DNA of 64,000 nucleotides from a virus: positions 19,943-83,942 of the IMG/VR virus record IMGVR_UViG_3300015202_000004. One strand, given 5' to 3'. The position numbers and the translations under genes are program-made. Positions 1 through 9,600 of this stretch are shown piece after piece. The notes beneath the pieces are model-generated. The model ran no database searches and was not told where the DNA came from. It worked only from the letters and a program-made list of their open reading frames with translations. Numbering within the stretch: the first letter of the stretch is position 1; each line of letters starts with the position of its first letter.

Positions 1-31
1 CGCGATATCGAAATAGTGTAAGGTAGAAATT

Positions 32-2050
32 ATGGCATCAAAAAGTTTCGATTCAATTATCAGCGACATTATTGATAATATTTTAATTGTGGACCCGACC
101 ATCGACGTTAAGGTGGGCGCTGTTGTTCGTGATATTTTTATTGATGTACAAGCTTCGCAAATTGAAACTCTTTATAGTATTGCTAATAATACTGCACAAG
201 CTCAGTCTGTTACTACGGCTTTAAACACACAATTAGATAGATTAGCATTCAATTACGGCATTCTCCGCGACTCCGCTCGTCGCGCTGGCACCAATGTCGT
301 TGTTAGCATTAAAGCGGGCGTTCAAGCTCCGACGCCTTTGAATATTGGCGACCAATTTTATACAAAGGCTGACCAAAATAACGATATCAAAGTATTTATC
401 AATACTCAATTTCAGTTATTACAGCCTGGTCAAACTCAAACAACGATTCCGGTAACCGCTTTAAATCCTGGTGCTGATGGTAACGTAGCAGCTTATACGA
501 TAACTGAAAACTCTTATGACTTTGCTGATGCAGTATATAACCCTGAACCCTCTTCAGGTGGACAAGATAGAGAATCTGATGCAGCTTTCGCTCTTCGCAT
601 TCCATATCAATTAACTGGTCAATATATAAATACGTCCCGTGGTATTATTAATACAGTTCTTAACATTAGTGATATCAATGGTGCGCCTTATTTTGTAACG
701 CCAGATAATCCTCAAAGCCGAGGCCCCTACACTGTTGACGTTTATTTGAAGCGTTCCGCCGCATATTTTGGTACAGTAGTTAGTGAAATTGCTCCAGCCA
801 ATCAACAAGACTATGTATTTTTAAAACAGCCGTTATACAGCTTAGAACCAATCAATCAGGTAAGCACTTACAATCCTATTACTGGTTTAACGAGCATTGT
901 AGACCCAGCACAGTACACAATCACTAACGACCCCGCTGATGTTCTTCAATCTTATGTAGGTAGCACTAAGGCTAATCAAAGACTTCATTGGGTAAATCAA
1001 CCTCCTGCAAATCCTTACACCATATCATACAATTATGACCATACAATTGTGGATGCACAGGACGCATACGACATTCATGATGAAATCACTGCTGATACAC
1101 TTTTCAAACAAGCTAAGGCTTTGCCTATTTATATTTCGGCAAATATTTCTGTGAATAGCGGTTCTAATTTATCAACGATATATCAAAATGCATTGCAAAA
1201 TTTTATAAATTTGTTTAACAATTTAAGTATTACACAGAGCCTAACAGACAAAGCAGTTGAATTCGCTTTGTTATCGGACAGAAATGTTCAAAATGTTGAC
1301 TTGACAAACTTAGATACTACTTTTCAACTTGTTTTAAGAGCAAGTGAAGGTACTTATTCTGCTTTTGCCGGTCCGAATGTTCAAAGCCAAATTACGCCTC
1401 TTGGTTTTTACTATGAAGTTGACCCTTCCACTTCGGTTATGTCTTATCCAATTGCTGCACGTTTGTGGATTGGTAAGCCTGATATTATTACTCCAGGAAA
1501 TCAGAACCCTACAACAGGCTTTAATTTTAAATCAAGTTCATATTTAGGTATCGTAAATCAAAGCAATATAAGAAACATCATTCCTAGTTGGCAAACGGAT
1601 GTTTACACTTTCTTTGACCAAAAAAATTCAACATTGATTTTAAATTTCACTGCTGAACCACCAGTGGGCGGCACACTTACTTTAACTTTTGTACAATCTA
1701 ATATTGACACAAGTTCTGGTCTAGGGTATTTAACTTTGGCACCTTCAATTGTAAGTCCGGTCGAACCGTATGCTTCAAATGTTCAAACTTCTAATCCTCA
1801 GTATGCAACAAGATTGCCAAATGGTATCGCCGATATCGCTCAGGCAAGATTATATAAAAACGGTGTTGAACTATTCCAAACATCTACACAAGTCGTCGCC
1901 GATTATACTATAATTAGTGGTCCAGACCCAATTACTGGAATCATAAACATTCAATTTACCGTGACTCCTGCTTCTACAGATATTTTTCAGTTCGGAATTT
2001 TAAATCCTAATTTAAATATTTCTTATTCATCTTCTCAGTTTTCCAGATAA
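32..2050 (+). CDS. Baseplate J-like wedge protein
   Basis: N-terminal D..VGAVVRDIFID, LDRLAFNYGILRDSARRAG, V.A..PGADGNVAA..IT, SGG.DRESDAAF..R: baseplate J/gp47 pattern; precedes tail fibres. Confidence 0.8.
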   Translation: MASKSFDSIISDIIDNILIVDPTIDVKVGAVVRDIFIDVQASQIETLYSIANNTAQAQSVTTALNTQLDRLAFNYGILRDSARRAGTNVVVSIKAGVQAPTPLNIGDQFYTKADQNNDIKVFINTQFQLLQPGQTQTTIPVTALNPGADGNVAAYTITENSYDFADAVYNPEPSSGGQDRESDAAFALRIPYQLTGQYINTSRGIINTVLNISDINGAPYFVTPDNPQSRGPYTVDVYLKRSAAYFGTVVSEIAPANQQDYVFLKQPLYSLEPINQVSTYNPITGLTSIVDPAQYTITNDPADVLQSYVGSTKANQRLHWVNQPPANPYTISYNYDHTIVDAQDAYDIHDEITADTLFKQAKALPIYISANISVNSGSNLSTIYQNALQNFINLFNNLSITQSLTDKAVEFALLSDRNVQNVDLTNLDTTFQLVLRASEGTYSAFAGPNVQSQITPLGFYYEVDPSTSVMSYPIAARLWIGKPDIITPGNQNPTTGFNFKSSSYLGIVNQSNIRNIIPSWQTDVYTFFDQKNSTLILNFTAEPPVGGTLTLTFVQSNIDTSSGLGYLTLAPSIVSPVEPYASNVQTSNPQYATRLPNGIADIAQARLYKNGVELFQTSTQVVADYTIISGPDPITGIINIQFTVTPASTDIFQFGILNPNLNISYSSSQFSR

Positions 2051-2059
2051 TAGGCGTTC

Positions 2060-5000
2060 ATGAGCAATTCTAGCGCATCATCGGATTTTAAAGCAGTACT
2101 TGCAATTACGAATCCGAGTCCATTAACTAAGCAAATGTTAGACAATTTACCTGATGATTATGATAAATCACAATCAACGGGTAACTTTGCTGCGGTTTAT
2201 GCAACGGGTTATGAATTTGAAAGATTAAAGCAAACTTTACAACAGACAGAAGCAAATAACTACCTTTACAGTCCCGACACACAAGAAGATAGTTTTAAAG
2301 TCACTGGCGCTGGCAAGTACTTAATTGAATTTAACATTCCTTTCGTTACTCCTCCTTTGAATGTTAGCATCGTCGGTTCGGATTTCACTGACGCATTTAT
2401 TGAGTATTCTTCCCGCTTTGGAATGATTGTAAATGTATTAACTAATGGTCAAGATACTTTACAATATAGAGCTTCAGGCTTTGTAGGCGCAGCTTCTGAT
2501 GAGCATTTGGGCGACGGTTTATTTAATAATTTCGGGGCTTTATATCAATTTCCACGAGTTGGGGATAGCGTAATTAACGAATCATATGTTAAATTTTACG
2601 AAAAAACTAATCAATTTATTAATGTACATTCTATTATTCCTGTTCAAACATTAAGTGGTCCTGTTATTAGGGATTCGAATGGAATCGCTATTGCTCCATA
2701 TCCTGCCATTATATCTTCAACGCCTCCCATTTCTCAGTCGTATGTTAAGGGTCTTATACGTCCCACCAACGTAGTAACTTCGCCTCAATCAACGCATGAG
2801 TTAGTTGACATTTCTGGCAATCTAATAGCTTTGTTAGACGCTTCTAATACTTCTCAAAATGTAATCTCATTCTTTCAAAATTCTGGCGATAATTTTTTCA
2901 AATCAGACCCACAAGTTTACATTACTGGTGCCTTTTCAACTTTTGAATTCAATCGTTGGAGACAACCAAATTATACTCAAGAAGTTTTCCGCGCCGATAA
3001 CAAATATCGTCGCATTTTATCTGGCATCAATAAATCGTTGGCTCTTGGGCCAACGGTTGCTGGTGTTTCAAACATGGTTGAGGCTTTGATTGCACAACCG
3101 TTTATTCCTCATAGCGTTTGGGATGACAGCGATTTTAGAATATTCAAAAACACAAAGGGATTAAATAGCCCAAAATACAATATTGGTAAAGCCAATAGTC
3201 AGTATGAAGGTTATCCAACTGCGGTTCCAAAAGTTGAAGTGCGTCGAGTTTTACAACCTTGGACTCCAGATAATATCACTTATAATACAAAACCCAAAAG
3301 CACTTCATTTGAAAACCCAGTTATTCAAAGCGTAGGTGTTTTGAATAATGCTACTCGTTTTGATATTACAAACGAATTGACTCGCTCTCTTCGACTTGGT
3401 ATCGACGTGCCCCAGGGTGGCATCATTAATTGGAACTATCAAAATACTAGCGTGACAATTCCTGCAAGCGGTTCACCATTGTATGAACTTTACAACTACG
3501 TATTTTTAAATAATCCAGGCGATTCTATCGCAAACATAAATATTTTCTGGTATGCACAGCAAACTAATGCCAATGGTCCTACCGATTACAAGTCTTTTGG
3601 TCCTTTACAATATGGTCGTGATTATTTTGTAATTCCAACAGCTAAATTCTTGTTGCCAAACGGTAAATACCAGTTGCCAAGCGAGCTTTTACAGGGTTAT
3701 AATTGTAACTCTTCAATTCCTTATGCATCCGGTATTGCCGATTCGTTCGGTAACCTTAACTGGATGGGAACTGATTTGGTAAATGCGAACAAATTGCCAA
3801 GTAATACTCCTGCTTTGCCACAATTTGTCGTGCAATTAGACCTTCGTAATCTTTCTGTTTATAACAATGGCATTTCAACAAAAATGCCGACAAACCTTTA
3901 TGATTTCATCTTGTACTCATATGGTCAAATCACCACGACCCAAGCTCGTGCATCAGGTTCTTACCCTGACAGGGTAGCAGCTAATGGAACATACAAGATT
4001 GCATCTTACTACGATGCAGACACTAGCAGTGCTTTGCAGCCAAGCGACAGTCCATTTTCTACTGCACAAGGAAAGTTGCCCCCAACCGCATTGGCACAGA
4101 GTTCTTTTGCCAAATTAGTGAGCAACACTAATTACGAATATATAACTACCATGATTGGTGGTCAATTAACATTTAACAAAACAGTTTACATTGATAGTAT
4201 TAAGCGTCAAACATCAGTCAATGGAACGAATTTAACACCTCCAAGCGTTTTAGTTATTCAAGCTCTAAAAATTGCAACTGTTACGCCACCTGCTTCCGCT
4301 ATTGGGCAAGTGGGCACGAACCAATACACATTGACCGGAAAAGTTGATAGAGCTATATCCACAACTACTGGAAATCGTTATTTTGAGTTTGACTTTGGCG
4401 ACTATGTATTGTTGGATGCCCATGGAAATCCAATCGCTATTTTTGATAATAGTAGTCCAATTCAATTTGGGCAAATTGTTGGTCAAACTATCACAGTTAC
4501 AGGCGTTGTATTCTATACTATTTGGGACACTCGTATTCCAGTTTCTTACTATCGTACAGGGTCACCTGTTTTCCAGGCCGCAGCTAACTTCCCTTCAACT
4601 GTTGAAGTATTTACACCCGATATAATTGCTAGTGGATACAATAATGAGAACTACCTTGTGCGTATTGATGGCTTGCCAAAAGGCAATCAGCAAACGATTA
4701 CGGCAAGTTGGACATTTAACATTTTGCCTACATCCGGTACTTTTAACCAGGATTCAAGTGCGCTAGCGTTTTCGGACACAATAAAGCATAACCAATCTGG
4801 CGCAGATGTACATCAGTTTGGTGTCATGAGCCAATTTACTGGGTTGGTTTTAAGCCAAACTGGTGTAGACCCAGATAATGCTTCTTATGAACAAGATTAC
4901 GAATCGCCATCGTTCTCTGGTTATTTCTTGAATTACAACGACTACATTAATGCAGTTGGTAGTAAATTGTCAACCTTTGGCGATAGCAATGCTACTAATA

Positions 5001-6622
5001 CTTTGACAAATCCAATCCTTAATAAACCATTACCTTCTGAAGCAAGATTGAATACTATTCTTAACTTCTTTAGTCCAAAATATGGCTTTGTTTCTTTGTC
5101 GATTCTTCCAAACATGGAATTTTATATGACAGGTTCAGGTGCGCCTGTTTCCATTGTGCGGCCAAACAATAATGGAATCGCTTTACAAATGTCAGGTGAT
5201 TCTTACGCAGGTTTGGTATTCTACGGTAAAAATAGCGACAAAATTGTTGATAAACCAACTCGTTTAATTGTTGATTTTACGTATTCAACTGCTGACCAGC
5301 AAGCCCGTAAGAAAATTGTTGAAGTTGAAGACGGTGGATTTGCTAATTGGGTAGATGGAAAAAATCCTGATACCGTACAAGATAGTTCTGTATTCTTTGT
5401 TACAGGCAATGAATTTAAGTACTCGCACGAGAGTTATGACCAGCCTGTAAATCAGTATGCCGACAATGGCCCTGAAACGGTTCAAAATGCTGGTCAATAT
5501 TATGACAGATTCCCTACTGATGGTAGCGAACCTATTTTCCATACTGACCCAAGTCAAAATGCTTTGACAACCAGTTCTGATAGATTAGGCGAGCCAGGTC
5601 CACCAGCGCGTTACCGTCGTCCAAATTTAAACAATAATACTTCAGGCGTATATCAAACACCTGGCTCTTTAGCTGTTGCCAAGGGTTATTTAAATATAAC
5701 GCCTGAAAAGATTGCTTACATTCAATTTGATTTGACTGGATTTCCAGTTGATGCTATTATTAATAATGGAATATTAGAAGTTTATTTCGCATCAGGCTTT
5801 ACAATTAAGCAAGGTAAAGACGTAAACTTTGAATTGAATCACAACATTGCTTGGCAGAAATCACGTCTAAGCGGCAATGGCAAAACGTTCGTTAAGAAAT
5901 TAACAAACCCAGATGGAACTGATTATACCGTTCTTCAGCCATTAGGGAATGTTCATTGGCGCAAGAATTTCTTTGAAATCGTGATTCCTTATGCTTTTAA
6001 CTCTGAACCAGCAGATTTGAATTATGGTATCAGAAAGCTATTCTCAAATAATAGTGCAAATTCATTGCCAGCCCCACAAAACCCGCAGCCTAATTTAGAG
6101 TACTTGGGTTTCTTAAATATTGATGAAATTAACACGGCAAGTTTGACGGCCACAACTTTTATTGAAGATACTGTTGGATTGGCTAACATTATTTTATCAA
6201 CAAGTTCTATAATCTATAAGGTTGATGGAATTTTAAGTTTTGGTGTTGATTCAAATGCGAATACAACTTTGTTAAATCCCTTTGACCAAGTAAATGGGAA
6301 AATATCATCGTTAGATTCGTCAAAATTTATTGGTCAATTTATTAATCAAACTGATGTGTTACCTAACATGAAGGTTCTTATATATCCATTTGGTCTAGGT
6401 CAAAACATTTTCTTCTATGGTTATGTAAAATCTTTATTACCAGCTAATTTAGTTGGTTTCACCGATAACGATATCGCAGTATATCAAAAAGCTTTGAATT
6501 ATGTTCAACCGTTGTACTCGGAATATGTAGTTAAATTGCTAGAATCGGACACTTATTTCCCTTATCGTGTTTTTGGTAAAGAAACCACGGTCGAAGATAC
6601 GTCGAACGATATCGCTTATTAA
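2060..6622 (+). CDS. Large baseplate wedge/tail-associated structural protein (1520 aa)
   Basis: Directly after baseplate J; DDYDKS..GNFAAVYATGYEFE and LFNNFGAL-type N-terminus, C-terminal LNYVQPLYSEY resembling wedge subunits; S/T/N/P-rich beta-type composition. Confidence 0.5.
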   Translation: MSNSSASSDFKAVLAITNPSPLTKQMLDNLPDDYDKSQSTGNFAAVYATGYEFERLKQTLQQTEANNYLYSPDTQEDSFKVTGAGKYLIEFNIPFVTPPLNVSIVGSDFTDAFIEYSSRFGMIVNVLTNGQDTLQYRASGFVGAASDEHLGDGLFNNFGALYQFPRVGDSVINESYVKFYEKTNQFINVHSIIPVQTLSGPVIRDSNGIAIAPYPAIISSTPPISQSYVKGLIRPTNVVTSPQSTHELVDISGNLIALLDASNTSQNVISFFQNSGDNFFKSDPQVYITGAFSTFEFNRWRQPNYTQEVFRADNKYRRILSGINKSLALGPTVAGVSNMVEALIAQPFIPHSVWDDSDFRIFKNTKGLNSPKYNIGKANSQYEGYPTAVPKVEVRRVLQPWTPDNITYNTKPKSTSFENPVIQSVGVLNNATRFDITNELTRSLRLGIDVPQGGIINWNYQNTSVTIPASGSPLYELYNYVFLNNPGDSIANINIFWYAQQTNANGPTDYKSFGPLQYGRDYFVIPTAKFLLPNGKYQLPSELLQGYNCNSSIPYASGIADSFGNLNWMGTDLVNANKLPSNTPALPQFVVQLDLRNLSVYNNGISTKMPTNLYDFILYSYGQITTTQARASGSYPDRVAANGTYKIASYYDADTSSALQPSDSPFSTAQGKLPPTALAQSSFAKLVSNTNYEYITTMIGGQLTFNKTVYIDSIKRQTSVNGTNLTPPSVLVIQALKIATVTPPASAIGQVGTNQYTLTGKVDRAISTTTGNRYFEFDFGDYVLLDAHGNPIAIFDNSSPIQFGQIVGQTITVTGVVFYTIWDTRIPVSYYRTGSPVFQAAANFPSTVEVFTPDIIASGYNNENYLVRIDGLPKGNQQTITASWTFNILPTSGTFNQDSSALAFSDTIKHNQSGADVHQFGVMSQFTGLVLSQTGVDPDNASYEQDYESPSFSGYFLNYNDYINAVGSKLSTFGDSNATNTLTNPILNKPLPSEARLNTILNFFSPKYGFVSLSILPNMEFYMTGSGAPVSIVRPNNNGIALQMSGDSYAGLVFYGKNSDKIVDKPTRLIVDFTYSTADQQARKKIVEVEDGGFANWVDGKNPDTVQDSSVFFVTGNEFKYSHESYDQPVNQYADNGPETVQNAGQYYDRFPTDGSEPIFHTDPSQNALTTSSDRLGEPGPPARYRRPNLNNNTSGVYQTPGSLAVAKGYLNITPEKIAYIQFDLTGFPVDAIINNGILEVYFASGFTIKQGKDVNFELNHNIAWQKSRLSGNGKTFVKKLTNPDGTDYTVLQPLGNVHWRKNFFEIVIPYAFNSEPADLNYGIRKLFSNNSANSLPAPQNPQPNLEYLGFLNIDEINTASLTATTFIEDTVGLANIILSTSSIIYKVDGILSFGVDSNANTTLLNPFDQVNGKISSLDSSKFIGQFINQTDVLPNMKVLIYPFGLGQNIFFYGYVKSLLPANLVGFTDNDIAVYQKALNYVQPLYSEYVVKLLESDTYFPYRVFGKETTVEDTSNDIAY

Positions 6623-6630
6623 GGTTTAAA

Positions 6631-9600
6631 ATGGCAGTTGTTGTACCAGTAAACTTAACTCGTGTAGCATCGCAGGTTTTGCGTGTAATTTCGCTTTTCC
6701 CGCCAGTTCCTACTTTTCAACCTGATTTTAATCGTAACGGTTATCCTGAATTTCCTTTACCACAAGATTATGCTCGCGATACGAGTATAGTCTCTTTTGG
6801 TTTTCCTCACTCCGTTGACGTTTCAATTATGGTTCCGGTTGATGCACCTGGTGTTTATTCACTGCCGCAAAATGCCTTTTCTTTTGTGTCGCCATCATTT
6901 ATTTCTGGTGTCCCTCCTACGGGTAACGATACGTATTCCGTCCTTTTAATTGACGTAGATGCTACGCCAATTGAACCTGGCTTCTCTCGTCTTCGTGTAG
7001 ACTATTTAGATGTAAATTTACAACCTGTTGTCGATTACCTTGACATGCCACAGCATCCAAAATGGGACCACCACCCACGCGAAACTGAAGAGTTAGCATC
7101 TTTTGCAAAAAATTCGGTTAACTTTCTTCAAAGAGAAATTCAGCAAAATAATGCAGATATTGCACAAGTTCTTAACAGAATGCAGCTTCGTGGCTTAAGC
7201 GCATCTGGCACTTTATATGCTACTCAAGCTTCTGCGGGCCTACAACCTTCATTGGCCGCTCACTCTTTGCCAGTTTTTGAAGCAGTAGCAGAACTTGACC
7301 AAAAATTCTTACAGCTTAAAGAAAAAGAAGTAATACTTCCAAAAACTTTAACGCCTGGATTTGTTATTTCCTCATTACCGCCTACGGTTCTTGGAGGCGA
7401 TACTTTTACCGTCACTGTAACTGGTGGCAATTTAATTCAAGATGATGATTTATACATCAGTGGTTATCCTCTTGGCGCAACACAAACCGGACTAAATTCT
7501 TTCTCGGTGACTCTGCCACCTTCATTTAATTTTACGTATAATTTTGTGCTTTACGTAGGGAACAAAGGCATCGTAAGAACTCGACCTGCTACTTTAACTG
7601 TAATAGGATTACCTTCTGTAAAACGAGTGCTAACTCCAACCGCAGGAAAATATGCTTCAGTTGGTGATTATGTAGTTGTGCTAGGTAATAATTTTGGTAT
7701 TATTCCGGGCACAGTGACTTTTAATAATGGAGTCAGTGCCTTTATTGAAAGTTGGAATTTCTCAGATATTAATTTTCAAGTTCCTAGCGGCGTCACAAGC
7801 GGTTATGTTGAAATTAAAACGGTAAATGACAAAACTGCATCTTTCATATTGAATATTGTTCCAAAAAATTACAAAGATGTTTTTCAGGTAACTCCTGATG
7901 TTAATGTAATTCCTGGAAATGCAAGCCAATCCTTTAAAGCATTTTTCAATGGTTTACCAGTTTCTGCAAATTGGTCTTTAATTGATGCTAGTGGAAACGT
8001 TGGCAAAGGGACGTTGGCTCACGGAAATATTGATGCTAATGGTTTATACACCGCTCCTCCAAATGTAGCTTCGCCTTTTAATATTGCAGTAGCAGCTAAT
8101 TATGTTTCTTCTACTGGCGCTTCATTCGCCAAAGCATCAGCTACAGTTATTCCATCACTTGGAACTTTGACGATGAGCCCCAGTGCTATTATCGTTGAAC
8201 CAAGTCATACCATTTTGTTTAAAGTTTACAATAGTGGAAATCAAGTAAAAAAAGTTGATTATTATGTAAATGGAATTCAAAATGGCGATATTAATGTTGG
8301 AACAATTTCACGCGGTGGATTATATCAAGCTCCTGCTTTTGTTCCACGTAATCAAACTGTACACGTCGAAGCAATTTATTCTGGCGTAAGCGCAGTTTCA
8401 TCTATTAGAATTGTTTCAGTAGGTTCAATAAGTAAAGCAAATTCTGGTGAATTGTTACCTAAGCTTACTCGAAATGTTGCTCCAGGAACAGATACTGGAG
8501 CTACCACTGGAACTGGAACTGGAACTGGAACTGGAACTGGAACAACAGGTAGTACAACTACTCCAACCACAAGTTGCCCCACGCCATCAAGCACGTTCAC
8601 AACTGCTCTTAATACAAGTTTGACTATTACTGATTATCGTAGTTCAACCACGACTGTCACTGCTGATTTTTATGACAATACCACTTTTGGCACAACAAAT
8701 TGTGGAACTTTTGGTACTGTTTATGTTGCATCCGGCACGGACGTTGTATGGACGCCACCACAAGGTAATACTGATTTTACTTCTTTGCTTGCAATTACAT
8801 CTGATACCGGAACTCATTACGTTGAAGTAAAAGTTCTTGCAGTTTGCGATGCTATTTACAAGTACGGAGATTGCTCAAATCAGGCTATAACCCCATTTCA
8901 ACAAGCTGAACAAACCAATCCGTATATTGAGCAAAACGTTGGGCCTTATACATATTGGCCTTCAGGAAATACTTATGAAGCTAGTCAGGCAAATACTATT
9001 GCTGGAGGCCAAGCAACAAATAATTTGCAATTAACTATTCCCGGTAATCCCACTCAAGGTTTCACTTTACTTGCACATGTATTTCAATATTTTAGAAACA
9101 CTAATAGTTCTCCAGCATCAACAGCTACAAGTATTGATATGTCGGTTACATCTTCTCGTGGAACTTGGACAATTAATGATACAACAGGCCAAAGTGTGCT
9201 TTATCAAGGTCCTGGGGATACAGATTACCGCACTGGAATCAAGCCTCCTGTTACCTTTTATGGTGGCGATGTTGTAACCATTTCATACATTATGAATTAC
9301 GGTTCAAGTACAGATAGTTCTGTTGCTGGTGGTTTAGACGTTTTCTTATTAGGAACAACAACTATTGCGCCACCAGCAAGCTTAACTGTGACGCCGAATA
9401 TTTCTCAAGTTCCTTTGGATAATTCTCAGCAATTTACTGCTATATTAACAAAATCGGATGGTTCTACCCAGGATGTAACTTCGCTTGTTAACTGGTTTAT
9501 TCATAGTTTTCCTGGCGGAAATTCAACCTATGGAACAATTACAAGCAATGGCCTTTATACAGCACCATCGCTTTATCCTGATTTTAATCCTCTAGACGTT

